From Adineta vaga (taxonomy: Eukaryota; Animalia; Rotifera): a stretch of 64,000 nucleotides of DNA. This document shows, piece after piece, positions 38,101 through 51,378 of this stretch (position 1 is the first letter of the stretch; the number at the start of each line of letters is the position of its first letter). The translations under genes were made by a program, and so were the position numbers. The notes below the pieces were generated by a model, which was given only the letters and a program-made list of their open reading frames with translations, ran no database searches and was not told the DNA's origin. The stretch lies in NCBI GenBank assembly GCA_021613535.1, contig CP075495.1:2790001-2854000 (forward strand). Reading direction: 5' to 3'.

Positions 38101-41100
38101 TATATTTTTTTTCTCCTTTTAGCTTATCTTGATGTTCATATATCCGATTATGCCACATCTCCAATAGTTCGTTGTGCTTTTCTTTGTACTATTTTAAATG
38201 AATCATCGGAATATCAACAACTGGCATTTCGTATTGGTTTACTCGGCTTAGAAATCTGTCGTATGCCAGCAACAACGAAAGCTCTCGAAGTTCGTTTACT
38301 CAATTGTGAACAAGAAATTTGTCAAGAATTGAAAAAAATCACACTCGGACAAAATGAAATTGATATTTTACGACAACGTGCTGAACATCTATGTGCACGC
38401 CTCTTGAGTTCACGTGATGATGGCATTCTATTACCACTTAGTTTAGCAACATATATCTTTGAAACATTGCGATCACTTAGTTTATATCGAATGAATTTAA
38501 ATTCTAATTCAACTGCGTCATTATCACAGAATTTTTCGATTCTATCATCAATTGAAAATAATAATCAACAGAATGGATCCGATGAATTATTAGCATTTGA
38601 TACAGCAATTTGTGCACTTGGAGCGAAATGTTATATTTCAGAAGGTAAATTTTCTTTTCAATGCAATACCAACAAAAGAAGAATTAATCGATTTGTTTTT
38701 CCTTCTAGCTCAAAATCCGATATTATGCGAAGGTATTCGTCGGCAACGTAGTGACTTAGCACTTAATTTACTCACATTATATAAAGATGATCAAGGACGA
38801 TTAATACAAATACTCGATAAATTACTTGATCGTGATATACATGTTTTATTTAAAAATTCGAATGTTAATCCTTTTAATGTTGGAACAAAAAAAGCTAATC
38901 AAACTTCTGCGACATCTCAACAAACAAACACTAATTCTCCAACATTATCAACGCGTTCACAACATAAGAAATCTACTACAACAGCTGCTGCTGCTGCTAC
39001 GGCGGCGTCGAATGCGAATGGTGAACCATTGACAGAAATTGATAGTTCAGGTTTAGATGAAAGTGAAGGAGAAAATTTTGATCAAAAAGCATGGGAAGCG
39101 AAATTTCGTTGTTTAAACTTAAAAACGAGTTCAAAACGAATATCCAATGGTAAATATACGAGATTGATTTCTATTTACAGAGTTGAATTAAATTTTCTTT
39201 CCCTTTAGGTTTTACTAGTATTGATAGTAGCGCACCGGAAACAAATTCAAGTGATAATTCACCAACTGTTTTACGTCGTAATATTCGTATGTCATCATCG
39301 AAAGCCAATGCTGATTCAGAAAGTGATAGTGAACGAGATACGGTACAACGAAATGGTAAATAATCAAATATAAAATTGTATAAAAAACCTTTATCTTCAT
39401 TTCATTTTTCTACTATTTCTAGTTCGCGGTGAATCTCCGTTACGTATGGATATGAATTTATCATCAACAGAACTTCTTTCGTCTCCATCTATTCATTTAA
39501 CAGCTTCAAGAAATACTTCAACTATACCAAAATCTCTTTCTCTTCAACAGCAATCTTCCGCAAGTTCGCATACTTTGAAACCTCCTAAAGGTCATATGAA
39601 TTCGTCGAATGGCAAAAATCGTTCACCATGTGCTCCTAATCAACCATCAGAAGCTTTATGTCATTTTATGTTTGAATTAGCAAAACTCTTGTACAACGTG
39701 CTGGTGGAACAACATCAACATCATTATTTGTTGGTCCAACACATAATTATCCTCCTCCACATCGAAATTTACATTTATGTGCAATTACGATTGCACTCTA
39801 TGCATTAGGTGTAAATAATCATGTACAAACCAATTGGATGATTCGAACATATTCAAGTTTAGTTTCTTGGATAACATCGACAGCTACAGATATTGGTTTA
39901 CAAGCAATATTACTCTTAATTGAATGTTGGGAAGGACAATTAACACCACCCGAATGTGCTGCTATAGCAGATCGTGCTTCACGTTCACGTGATAATGCTG
40001 TTGTACGTACAGCTGCTGAATTAGCTTTATCAACATTAAAATATGCGCATGCACTCAATGCTGCCGAAATACGTCAAGCATTAGCACAATGTAAAGAACA
40101 AAGTATAGATATGCTTGAACGTGCTTTAACAACCATTGAAAATGCGACACGTGATGGTAATCTTGTATTTATCGATATTCTTTTTGAAGTTGCTAAACGT
40201 TGGTATGAAATGTATTATGAACGAACCGGAGATTCATTAAATAGTGATGATGATGCAGCTGTTGTTGATATACGACAACCATTTGATAGTAATTTAACAG
40301 CAACAAATCCGATTGAATTACATTGGACACATGCAAATTCAGGAAATTCATCATCAAACACACCATCACCATCTCCTATGCTATATGCTACGAATAATCA
40401 GAGTGGAAATTTTCAGACACCATTTCCACCACATCCTTCTAATCATTTTAATACTCATGCTTATATGATACAAGCACAACATGGTCCACCGCCTCCACCA
40501 CCATCAATGCATCATCATCAATTAGGAAATTTTCATCAACAAGTACAATATCAACAAATCATTCCAATTCAATATTCTACACAACCTCAACAACAACAAC
40601 AGCAACAACAACAGCAACAACCACATTTTGCTTTTCACACAGGTCCGCCAAATAATTTTCATCCCCATCCGCATCTTCCTCGTCATCCACAACCGCCGCA
40701 ACAAATGCCCAATGCTATACTTGTTAGTCCTGGCAATTTTCCCACAGGTTATGCTGTTCATCATGCGACACAAAATCCAAATCAACAAATGTACTCTCCA
40801 AATCTAAATCCCCAACAACAATCATTTTATGCTGTCCGACAAATACCACTAGTAGTTTCTCCACCAACTGAATCAAATATTTCACCGTCTTCATCAACAA
40901 CTACAGCAGCAATAGTTGCACAACAACAACAACCAACTGCTGTTAGTCCCAGTACAACACCATCGGCTGAGGTAAAAATTATTCAAGCTTTTATTTTTCT
41001 AATGATTTTATTTTAGCAACAACAACAACAACAGCAACAGCCGGATCCAAGTCATCGTCAATATTTACTTAATGCTTTTCGTGTTGGTATGTTAGCAATG

Positions 41101-41676
41101 AATACACTTGCATTAGAACGAGCTCGTCAAAATCATGCACATATGGAACGTCGTGGTGAACAAAATCATCCTACACCACGCTATGGTGAAGATGTCAAAT
41201 GGCTTCTAAAAATTGCATTAAAACTAGGTAAAATCATCTTCTTTTCTTTTCGTTTAAACAATATTCTCTATCCAATCTTATTTTCTTTAGGTAATGCTGA
41301 ATTACAAGAATTTGTTACAACAGCAACAGCAGTTATTGTTAATCCATACTTATTACATAGTGCATTTAATATCTATCATGTTTCACAAAATAATCCTAAT
41401 GGTTCATCATCAAATCAAATGCTTCGTTTACCATTTGTTCAATCATTAATGCAAAAGTGTCTTCATGCTTATACTCGTTGTGTACACAATAAAATGGGAC
41501 ATATGACAACAAATAATGATATCGACGAATTGACATCATTAATGAAACATGCACGTTCGGCATTTTTATTCATGGGTAATACAAGTGATTATCAAGGTTT
41601 AATGAATTTCGTAAAAACATCGAAAAAATGCAAGAAAGATGTTTATCCACGACTTTGGCAAGCTATTCAAAATTAG
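35128..41676 (+). CDS. ZSWIM8: ZSWIM8 (Dorado/EBAX-1) cullin-RING substrate receptor; apparent 1-nt deletion near 39685
   Basis: About 16 exons. BC-box-like IPTLVDLAAKTIARHIPFELVE, QLKIAFWSFP...DIRLYTCVANGS, SWIM finger ITSCHCTC...WCSHIVAVCLCRI, LRPLRGREPEGMWNLL, IDSSAPETNSSDNSP, PNQPSEA, RTYSSLVSWIT, AFRVGMLAM, YGEDVKWLL. Start could be 35014. Confidence 0.93.
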
Positions 41677-42154
41677 AGCAAACACAAAATTCCCATATAT
41701 TTTCAACGATTGATGGCCATAAATTAGGAACGTTTACGAATGTGTGTGTGTGTGTATGATCTTTTTTTTAGGCATATGCATCTTGTTATTTGTTATTTGT
41801 TTCTCGTTTTTGTTTTCTTTTATACACCTATAACATCATATGGGCAGATTTTTTCCATCTTACACCAGATATAATGTATAGCGGCTAAATACGTTCGTAT
41901 TGCTCTCTTTTTTTCTTCTTCTTTATGTGTTGTGTGTGCTTGTTGTTTTGTACGATCTATACCATTTTTTTTTCTTCTTCTAGAGTTAGTTTATAATTGA
42001 GAAAATAACACAAAAAAAAGTTACGACTAATTTACGTTTTCTTTTTTTGTTCGATTCATGTATCGTATATATTATTCTAATTATAATTTGAATTAAAGAA
42101 AAGAAGATAAATAAATAAGCATTGTTGATGATAAAGTTGATATCCTTCTAGAAC

Positions 42155-44386
42155 ATGAAGACGATGATTCGTTCACGTTTATTTTCAATAAATCAACCTG
42201 TTTTTCAACGAACTATTGTTACAAAAACGAAGAATATTATCAATAATGAAAAGGAACAACAAGGAAATATGACAGAAGAATATCTTGCATCTTCTCTATC
42301 ACTTCAGCCTCCTCAACGTCCATTAACACAACAATTTACTCATCAAGTAACGAATCAAGTTCCACCATTGAATCGTATAGATTTGTATGAAACTGATTTA
42401 GCATTACGTGAATTTGTTACTGATGCAAATTGTGGACAAATCAAACAGATGGCTATTGAATTAGGTACTTTTCATTGGTTTGAACAAGGACATCGAGCTA
42501 ATCGATATGTACCAACATTACATCAATTTGATCGTTATGGACAACGTATTGATGAAGTTCAATTTCATCCAGCTTATCACGATCTTATGCATATGGGCAT
42601 GAGATATGGTGTATGTTTTATTTTCTCTTGTACAATATTGTTGATATTTTTTCAAACATATCCAATATAGGTACATTCTGTTGCTTGGGAATCTTTATCT
42701 GAAGAGAAAACTGAGATTAATGCATATGGACATTTACAACATGCGGTAAGGAATTGATTTAAATTAGAAGTTTGTATGAATTGTTTTGATTTAGGCAGCA
42801 CTTTACATATTGAGTCATATTGAAGCTGGTGTTGGTTGTCCACTATCAATGACTTATGCTGGTTATCCTGTACTTCATCGATATTTACATAAAACTGGTT
42901 CAGAATTAACAAATAGCTTTCCATTAGATAAAGTGTTATCTCGAAAATATGATCGACGATGTTTACCAGCAACTTTTAAATCTGGATTAACTATTGGTTT
43001 GTTTATTTCTTATTATTTTCGAATATGTCGATTTCTTCTTTTAGGAATGGCAATGACAGAAAAACAAGGTGGTAGTGATGTTCGTGCAAATACAACTAAA
43101 GCTTATTGTGATAATGCTAATGAAAAACGCTATATTCTTATCGGTCATAAATGGTTTTGTTCTGCTCCAATGTGTGATGGTTTTCTTGTTCTTGCACATA
43201 TTCATAATGATGATACGTCTACTAAACCATCGTCAAGTGGGATACCATCATGTTTTTTCGTTCCACGATGGTTACCCAATGGTGAACGAAATCCATTCTA
43301 TATTCAACGATTAAAAGACAAACTTGGTAATCGTTCAAATGCATCGAGTGAAATTGAATTCAATAATACTCAAGGTGTACGTAAAACAAAAGTTCTTTCA
43401 TTCAAAATTTAATTCCAAAAATCACTTTCTAGTGGTTGTTAGGCAAAGAACATGATGGTGTTAAAACTATTATTGAAATGGTACATGGTACACGTTTAGA
43501 TAGTGCAGTTGGTAGTGCAGGATTGATCCGACAAGGATTAGTACAAGTAGAAAGGAATCTTTTCATACTTTTAAAGAAATTGATTCCTAGTTTTTGTCTG
43601 AATCGTAGGCTACTTGGCATGCTCGACATCGAAAAGCATTTGGTCGATTACTAATCGATCAACCACTAATGAAACAAGTCTTAGTTGATTTACTTCTTGA
43701 ATCAGAAGCTGCTACAGCACTTGTCATGTATGTTGCTACACTTTTCGATGCGACATACAATAAATCGAATTCAACTAATATAAATGAAACTAAAGCATTT
43801 GCTCGAATTGCAACAGCTATAGCAAAATTTTGGATTTGTAAACGAACACCTGAATCAGTAGCCGAAGCATTAGAATGTCTTGGTGGAGCTGGATTTGTTG
43901 AAGAATCAAATATGCCACGTATCTATCGTGAAGCACCTCTAAATAGCATATGGTATTGTAACAATATACATTGAATTTATTCCATATTTCACTTTTTTGT
44001 TTAGGGAAGGTAGTGGCAATGTTATGTGTCTTGATATATTACGTGCAATGAAAAAGTCACCTGAATCACTTCAAGCCTATTTTTCATTTATGAAAGAAAC
44101 AAAAGGTGCCAATAAGCATTTAGATGCAGCATTAGAACGTGTGAAAAAAAGTTTACTAACAGAAAATTTTTCGAATGAAATTCTTGAACGTCATGCTCGA
44201 ACATTAACTACGCAATTAGCTTTGTGTTTACAAGCTAGTTTATTAATTCGTCGTTTTCCAGAAGCAATGAGTAATGCATTTTGTTCATCACGTCTTGGAC
44301 CTAATCGTGGTTCTATATTTGGTGATTTACCAATGGATATTGATACAGATACACTTGTGAAAAGATTACCTTTTGGTTCTATGTAA
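42155..44386 (+). CDS. aidB: AidB-like acyl-CoA dehydrogenase (bacterial type) with N-terminal presequence
   Basis: Exons 42155-42610, 42671-42745, 42795-42996, 43045-43376, 43433-43546, 43609-43952, 44005-44386. AidB motifs THQVTNQVPPL, FDRYGQRIDEVQFHPAYHDLM, EAGVGCPLSMTYA, IGMAMTEKQGGSDV, GHKWFCSAPMCD, QRLKDKLGNRSNASSEIEF, TRLD, YREAPLNSIWEGSGNVMCLD. Confidence 0.9.
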
Positions 44387-45284
44387 ACCTTTTCTTTTTT
44401 ATAATTAACTTAGCATTCATTCAGTAGTTTCAATCTTATATTTCTATGATTCATATAAAATATGATCATCATTCATGTTTTTATGATTTGCTAATTGATT
44501 CAGATAATTGAATGAAGAAATTAGTTGATGTTATTCAAACAAAGCTTTCATTTGTTGAAGACTGTTGAAAAACGACTGGAAAACATTCGATCATATCAAT
44601 ACTAATGTTTTTGATGTATATTTTTTTGAATGAATTGTTAATTCAACTATGAGATATAGCGAAAAACGTTTTAGATGCTATTTGTGAAGTGAAAACAAGG
44701 GAAGGGCAGAATTTTAGTATCCGAACATCACGCTTGCATCTTTTGATCGTACGTAATCAATTGATGGTACTCAAAAAAACTAAAGACATCACTACGAGGT
44801 TGAATGCTTGAATAATTCAATTCGAAACTATCTATCGTTCATTTTCTTAGAAAGAAAAGCATTTTAATTTTATTACGAAACTCCATGTTTATAATCTTGC
44901 TGTATAGTTGGACCATCAAATCGCATTTTCATAATAATAAAACATTGAATATTGTTCTTTATGTTCTTTCTCCAATTCGATAATTTTTGCTATTCTTATC
45001 TTTTAATTCAATCAGTCAAACTATATTTTCATGATGAAAGTTCGAGACGAAAGTCAATTTGACCTTGATCGTTTTGATTTCGAATACATCTTCCCGATAT
45101 TCATTGTCACACTACTACTCGAAATAGGTTTGTAAGAAATATATCGTGATGGTTAGTATCGATTATTGTTTTTGTCATAAAATTTAGTTATCTATTATTA
45201 ATACCAAGACAGAAAAAAAGAAGACTAAAAAGCAAAACAAACAAAAATACTCTCATCGTATTTTGTTCATTCTTTGTCTTTTAA

Positions 45285-46113
45285 TTACACATCATATTTC
45301 ATATGTGTTTGTAATTTTGCATGATTATTATGTTGTTGATTAGTAAATTCTTCTTCAGTATCGTCATCAATATATGGAATAATTCCTCGACCTTCGTATG
45401 GTCCAGTACTGTTGATTGACATCGATTGATTTTGTATATGAAGAAGACGTCGAACAAGGGCTGAGAATTCAGCATAATCTACTTGTCGATTTCCATCTAA
45501 ATCTGCTTCACGTATCATATCATTGAGTTCATCATCCGTTATTTTCTCGCCTTAAGATTCAAAATCAAATTAAAGTTATCGAATGATCTACGCGAAAAAA
45601 GCATATTACCGAGATTATTCATCGCTAAACGAATTTCCATTTCACTAATTAAACCATCACCATCTTTATCAAATATACGAAATGCTTCATTAAGTAGTTC
45701 ATCATTGAACATTTCTAATCGACTGGTATCTTTTTGATTCATCATTATTTTGAATTCTTCAAAATCAATTAAACCATTACCTACATATCAATATATACAA
45801 ACAAAAAAGAGATAGCTTACAAGATTTTCAGTTGATATATATATATATATACAAACCATCTTGATCAACTTCTCGTATCATACATTCCAATTCTGATGGT
45901 GTTGTTTGATATCCAATCGAATGCATGACAAAAGCTAGATCTTTAGTACTGATCAAACCACCACCAAGACGATCGAATAGCGAGAACGCTTCTTTCAGTT
46001 CTATTAAAAGAAAGAAGAAATTGTTTTTTTTTGGAAAAAATATACAATTATGATCGTTACGGAGACATACTATTCTCGTGTTCAATAGAGAAGGAATTCG
46101 TTCGCATTGTCAT
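45285..46113 (-). CDS. Calmodulin-like protein with about 50-aa C-terminal extension
   Basis: Four exons: [14 protein letters not shown]|[18 protein letters not shown]...EVDQDG|NGLIDFEEF...[18 protein letters not shown]...LG|[28 protein letters not shown]; EF1 degenerate. Confidence 0.88.
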
Positions 46114-47602
46114 CCGTAATATCGACAATAATAGTAGACAATAACGATGTTGAACATGAATGAATAAGTAAGAGGGAAAAAAAGAGAAAGAACACCAAGA
46201 AGAAATTAGATTTGTCACACGATCGTTGATGTAATGATGGAGTAGAAACAGAGTGTGTGTGAGAGAGAGAGAAAATAAGTGACGAAAAAAGAATATGTCT
46301 GGAAGTTCTGGAAATTATTGGTGTTAGAATATTTATGTCGTTTATAGATATATCATTGGGTTTGATGTTAGGAAACTGATGTGATATGTATCTCGAGCAA
46401 TTGTATACAATTTGTTCGTGAAATTTTCAATCGTTATCAACGCAAAAACTATCAGTAAAGAACGGAAACCTCTTCAATGCATGTGCGTCGACGCATCAGA
46501 CAATGATTATCATTGTATCTTCAATGACGAACACTAGTCTGCTCGCATCATTCTAAAAGACAACAGCTACAATATATATATATATATAATTCTTTCTCTT
46601 TTCCAGGATAGTGCCTTGTAGAGTACTTCGTACTCTGCTTTATATATATATTGCCGTTTCATCCGTTACATACGCTGAATGACTGTTATGGTAATAACGT
46701 CGATTTGCTCTTTCAAGTATCAGTATTGCCATTTTACTTGGAATGTGTATGTAGTGTAATTAGAACGAGAACAACATAGATATGGATATTCCAGGTGGTT
46801 TTTTCTTTGTCAAACTATGTGATAAAAAATGATTATTTCAAGAAAAATTTGATGAAAAACGATATAGATTAATTGGTAACAAAGTTATTCTTCTCGTGTT
46901 ACTTACGATACCAGTAATTTTTATCAATAGAAGAAAAGAGAAGAAAATTGATGTATATCTTATGAACAAGTTGTGATATTGTACTCTTCGTACAAATCAT
47001 CTAATTAAGCATTCTTTCTTTTTGTTTATTTATGAGTCCATTCCAGGACTTGACTTTTCCGATCAGTTATCACTATCATTAACATGAGCTTTATTGATAG
47101 GGACATATGCTTATCGATCGCGATAGCATCGACGCAAAAGTGTCACTCTTCTCTTTCTCTTATTAGTTGCGCATTTACAAGAGAAGAGCATCAAGTAATC
47201 CTCTTTTTTTTCTCGACAAGCATTCTATTGCTGAAATATAAATATACTATTCATTCTCTCTCTCTCTCTCTCTTCTCCAACATATCCATTTTTTTATTTA
47301 TTCTCTTGTCGTCAGTGTGTACCGACAAAATATTTCTCTTTTCTTTTACTAGTTTACTGTACAAATGGTCATTCGTGTATATATCGATTTACTCCTTTGA
47401 TCTTCTAACATGCACATACACAGTATCATCATTGAGAATATTCTTCAAATATTATTGAAAGGAAATAAACAATATTATACTATCCGATCTGTTCTCTTCT
47501 CGTTTACTCTAAGTAATGATATCATATTGAGAAAAGTTGGGATAAATATTTCCCTAAAAGAAATTCATTCTATCATTACAACCAAACAAAATACATATCA
47601 TA

Positions 47603-48369
47603 ATGGTGAGCCAATTGACTTTCTTTTCTAGCAGAAGTTGAATAGGAAAAAAAACTCGATTTTAGGCTGAAGAAGAACAAGAATTTCAAATGACTGAAGA
47701 ACAAATTGCTGAAATTCGTGATGCATTTAATATGTATGATCGAGATCAAAAAGGTGAAATTCCAACAACACTTCTTGGTACTGTCATGAAAAATCTTGGT
47801 CATAATTTAAAACCTGATCAATTACAAGAATGTATCGACGCTGTCGATGGTGATGGTATGTTCATTTCTTAAACAATAGTATGCGAATCTATTTTTCTTT
47901 TCCTTTCTTTCGTTCGTAGGTAGTGGTACTGTTGACTTTGTAAATAAATAATAGACTATTTCCTCTTCTCCTTATTGTTATTTCATTATTCAATTAGGAT
48001 GAATTTCTTGCTTTGATGGTGAAAAAAGCCAAAGAAGCCGAAGATGAACGAGAATTACGTGAAGTATTTCGTGTATTTGATAAAAATGGTGGTGGTATTA
48101 TTGATGTAAGTTGATAAATCTTCTTTTGATAGTTTATTTTGTATTGATATGTGATCTTTTCTCTAGGTTGCTGATCTGAAAATGATCTTTGAAGCAATTG
48201 ATCCCGATATGCCAGAAGATGAAATCGAACAAATTATTTCTGAAGTTGATGAAGATGGTTCTGGTACTGTAGATTATGAAGGTATGTTATTTTTTTATTT
48301 ATCTAGTCTAAAATATTACTTAAAACTTGTTTTTCTACGTTAGAATTTTACAAACTAATGACAGGTTAG
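47603..48369 (+). CDS. TnC: Troponin C (invertebrate type)
   Basis: Exons 47603-47605 (ATG only), 47666-47855, 47920-47939, 47998-48105, 48167-48281, 48344-48369: MAEEEQEFQMTEEQIAEIRDAF...DGDGSGTVDFDEFL...ERELREVFRVFDK...SEVDEDGSGTVDYEEFYKLMTG*. GSGTVD in sites II and IV and the MTG end are TnC-typical. Confidence 0.8.
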
Positions 48370-48952
48370 ATTCGATCAAAATTCTTCGACAACATCGTAT
48401 TTTTTTGTTTTCATTCTTCTGCAAAGTGTGTGCAAACCTTTTCTTTTAAGTTTAAAAAGTTTGTTTTGGTATGATTTCTTTTCTTTTTCTAAAATAAAAC
48501 AAATATCTAACCACTTTGAATAATAATAATAGAAAAATATATCCTTTGAAGAAGAGAAAAAAAGATAATGCATCGTAATAACATTGTGAAGCGTGTCATT
48601 TTTATTTCTCTATATTTGAAATGACGCATCAACGTTAAGTGAAACCTTTAATTTATCTTTGCAATTCAATCAATTTGCTGAATAAATTCACTTGTACAAC
48701 ACGTAAATATTTTACAGTTCTGAATGTGTCCTTAATGTTTAAGTAGAAAATAAGTAGACGAAAAAAGGACGGAAAAGAAAAGAGAGTGATTCTTTATTTT
48801 TTTTCCTTTGCTGATACTTGACATCGTCAGAAATGAAACATTAACAAACAGTTCGCCGAATTATTAAATTGCCGGAAAGTGCTTAAGTGAATTGAAATGA
48901 ATTTTGATAGTTTGTGTTGAATATATCCATTAGAAACAAGAAAAAACAAACA

Positions 48953-49924
48953 ATGACCATTCTACCATTTCTCGATGTTAAAGCTACGCCAATATGTTCA
49001 GTGGAATCTCCTCGACTGGCACGAACAAGATCAGTACCTCGTTCATTAGAATCCACTGATCATTCGATTCCATCATTGAAACCTTCATCCTCATTACATT
49101 TATCCAATTCATTTGCAACGACACGTACACCGAAGATTAAAATTGTTGCTCGAACAGATGAACAATTAAAGAAATTACCACATGCAAAAACAGCCCGAGC
49201 ACAAGCACATAATCCCATATGGAAACCTTTTGTTCGTGAACTACCTGATTATGATTATTTATGGGAACCTGTACATCGAGAAGATATTCGACATCAATAT
49301 GACTCTTATGTAGCTCCACAACATATTAATGCTGGTCGTCCGGACGAACCATATCGAATGTCATCATTCTTTGAAACTCAAGATAGACATTATTATAATT
49401 ATAAACGAGTACAAGCGATGCAACAACGACAAAGAAATAGAGAACATATGCAATATACAATCTATCCATATGCTCAAGCTGAAGAACGTGAGATGTACAA
49501 GTAAATAATGATTCTTATCTTTGGTCATTCTTGTAATACTTGATTGTATCTGTTCTATTTAGGAAAAAAATTCGAACAACACTGAAAGAACAAATGGAAG
49601 AAAAGGCTCAAGCTGAAAAACATCAATTAGATCTAAAGAATCGTTCGACTAGTCTAGTTTTAGAACAAGATCGTCAATTTCGTGAAGAAGAAAAACAACG
49701 AAATGATGCACGAACTCAATTATTAGCCAAAGTTTCTTTGAAAAATAAAGAAGTTAGTAACAAATGTTTTTTTTTCTCAAATCTATACAATACAATAAAT
49801 TGATTTATTTTAGTTAATGAATAATAGAAGAGAATATGATCAATGGAATCGTGTACATCAATGGCATGTTGAACGAGCTATGTTAGCTGATAGTCCTATT
49901 AATTGGAGTAAAACATTGACTTAA
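48953..49924 (+). CDS. Uncharacterised coiled-coil protein ending ...SPINWSKTLT
   Basis: Exons 48953-49500, 49563-49753, 49814-49924 join in frame at GT-AG introns; C-terminal half is E/K/Q/R-rich and helical. Confidence 0.75.
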
Positions 49925-51378
49925 ATCAATAAGACTGATTTGTAATAAAAAAATTGTACTTTATTCTTTGAAAAACTTTTCTTTCCTTCCGTTCACTGTT
50001 ACTATAGAAACCAAGTTACAGTTACGAAAACAAATTGAAATAACATTCCAGTATATATATATATATACACAATAGACTACTGAAAATATTCTATTAAGGA
50101 ATGTCAAACAGAATGAAGTAAACTTGAAATGGAAGAAGATGTTAGTACTTCAGTTAATTATATATTCTTTATGATGGTAATTTAAGATATCTCTTGTCCA
50201 GATTGATGACACATGTTAGATCTACTAAGAAATAAATCTGTGATAAACTCAAGATCATCAGTTCCCTCTAGTATCGATTTTCCATCTGGCACAGTTTTAT
50301 AACTGTTAAATCTCTTCTCTGTATGACTTTGTCTTTGATTTTCATCTAGTTTTTTACGGCAATGATGTTTTTCTGTATACGCGCGTGCCTTGATATTAAT
50401 GTATGCGACAAAAGAATGTATAAAAATGCATCTGATTTTATCATATGTATAATCTAAAACGTTATTGTTTGATATTTCTTCTTTACAATAATCTATAACT
50501 ATAAAAACAGTTCGACTATTTTCATCTTCAAAAATAAAAGAATGCGTATTGTAATATTTCTATATTTTCCTTTGTATGAAATTGATCAATTAAATACACG
50601 TCTAAGAATTAGATATTGAAAACATAACGTCGAATAACTTTAGATACAATACTTCCAAATGAATATCATCCATGTTTACAATTGTTTGGTTCATCTAATT
50701 AATCACTATATTCTGTTATAAAAACACATTTTTCCATCTGTCCGAACATTTGTTAACTTTCCGTATGCGACATAAAACTACTTCGGAACGCGATTGATTA
50801 TAGACCATTTTTGTTCTGATTACATCAATAAATGCAAACAATCGTTTTTCTCGTCGTTCTTTCATCACTCATTATAATACAACATTATTTGATGATAGAA
50901 AAGTTAAGAGGATAGGATGTAAACACGAGTAATACAATCGTTTATGTTGATAATCAAGTTTTAATTGATATCGCACAAAGATAAGAATTAGAATCATGCG
51001 ATTACGTCGAGGAACATTATTACACTCAATTCCACCTATTGAACAACATTTACTTCAATACAAACAACATAATTTGTCCGTAAGTACATTCTATCATTTT
51101 CTGTTCATCACACACGTTTAACGATGCTAGTTATACTAATATAGATGAAATCAGTCAATCATGATCGTAGAACAATGTTATCTAATTTCATATGGATATT
51201 TCTTCTTTCCCTTTTTTTTTGGCATTCGAATCTGTAGACAGAACAATATATTATCCAATCTGAGTATGCTCGATTGAAATCAGGCGAGTGTAAATGAACT
51301 GAAGCAGATGATAAACTACTATTGGTATAGAAAGAGACAATCCATGTGTATTCTAGTCGATGGAGTAAGAGAGTAGAG

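Noticed and set aside
42155-44386. AidB as bacterial contamination
   Set aside because: It has six spliceosomal introns and host-like AT-rich codons and is contiguous with metazoan genes.
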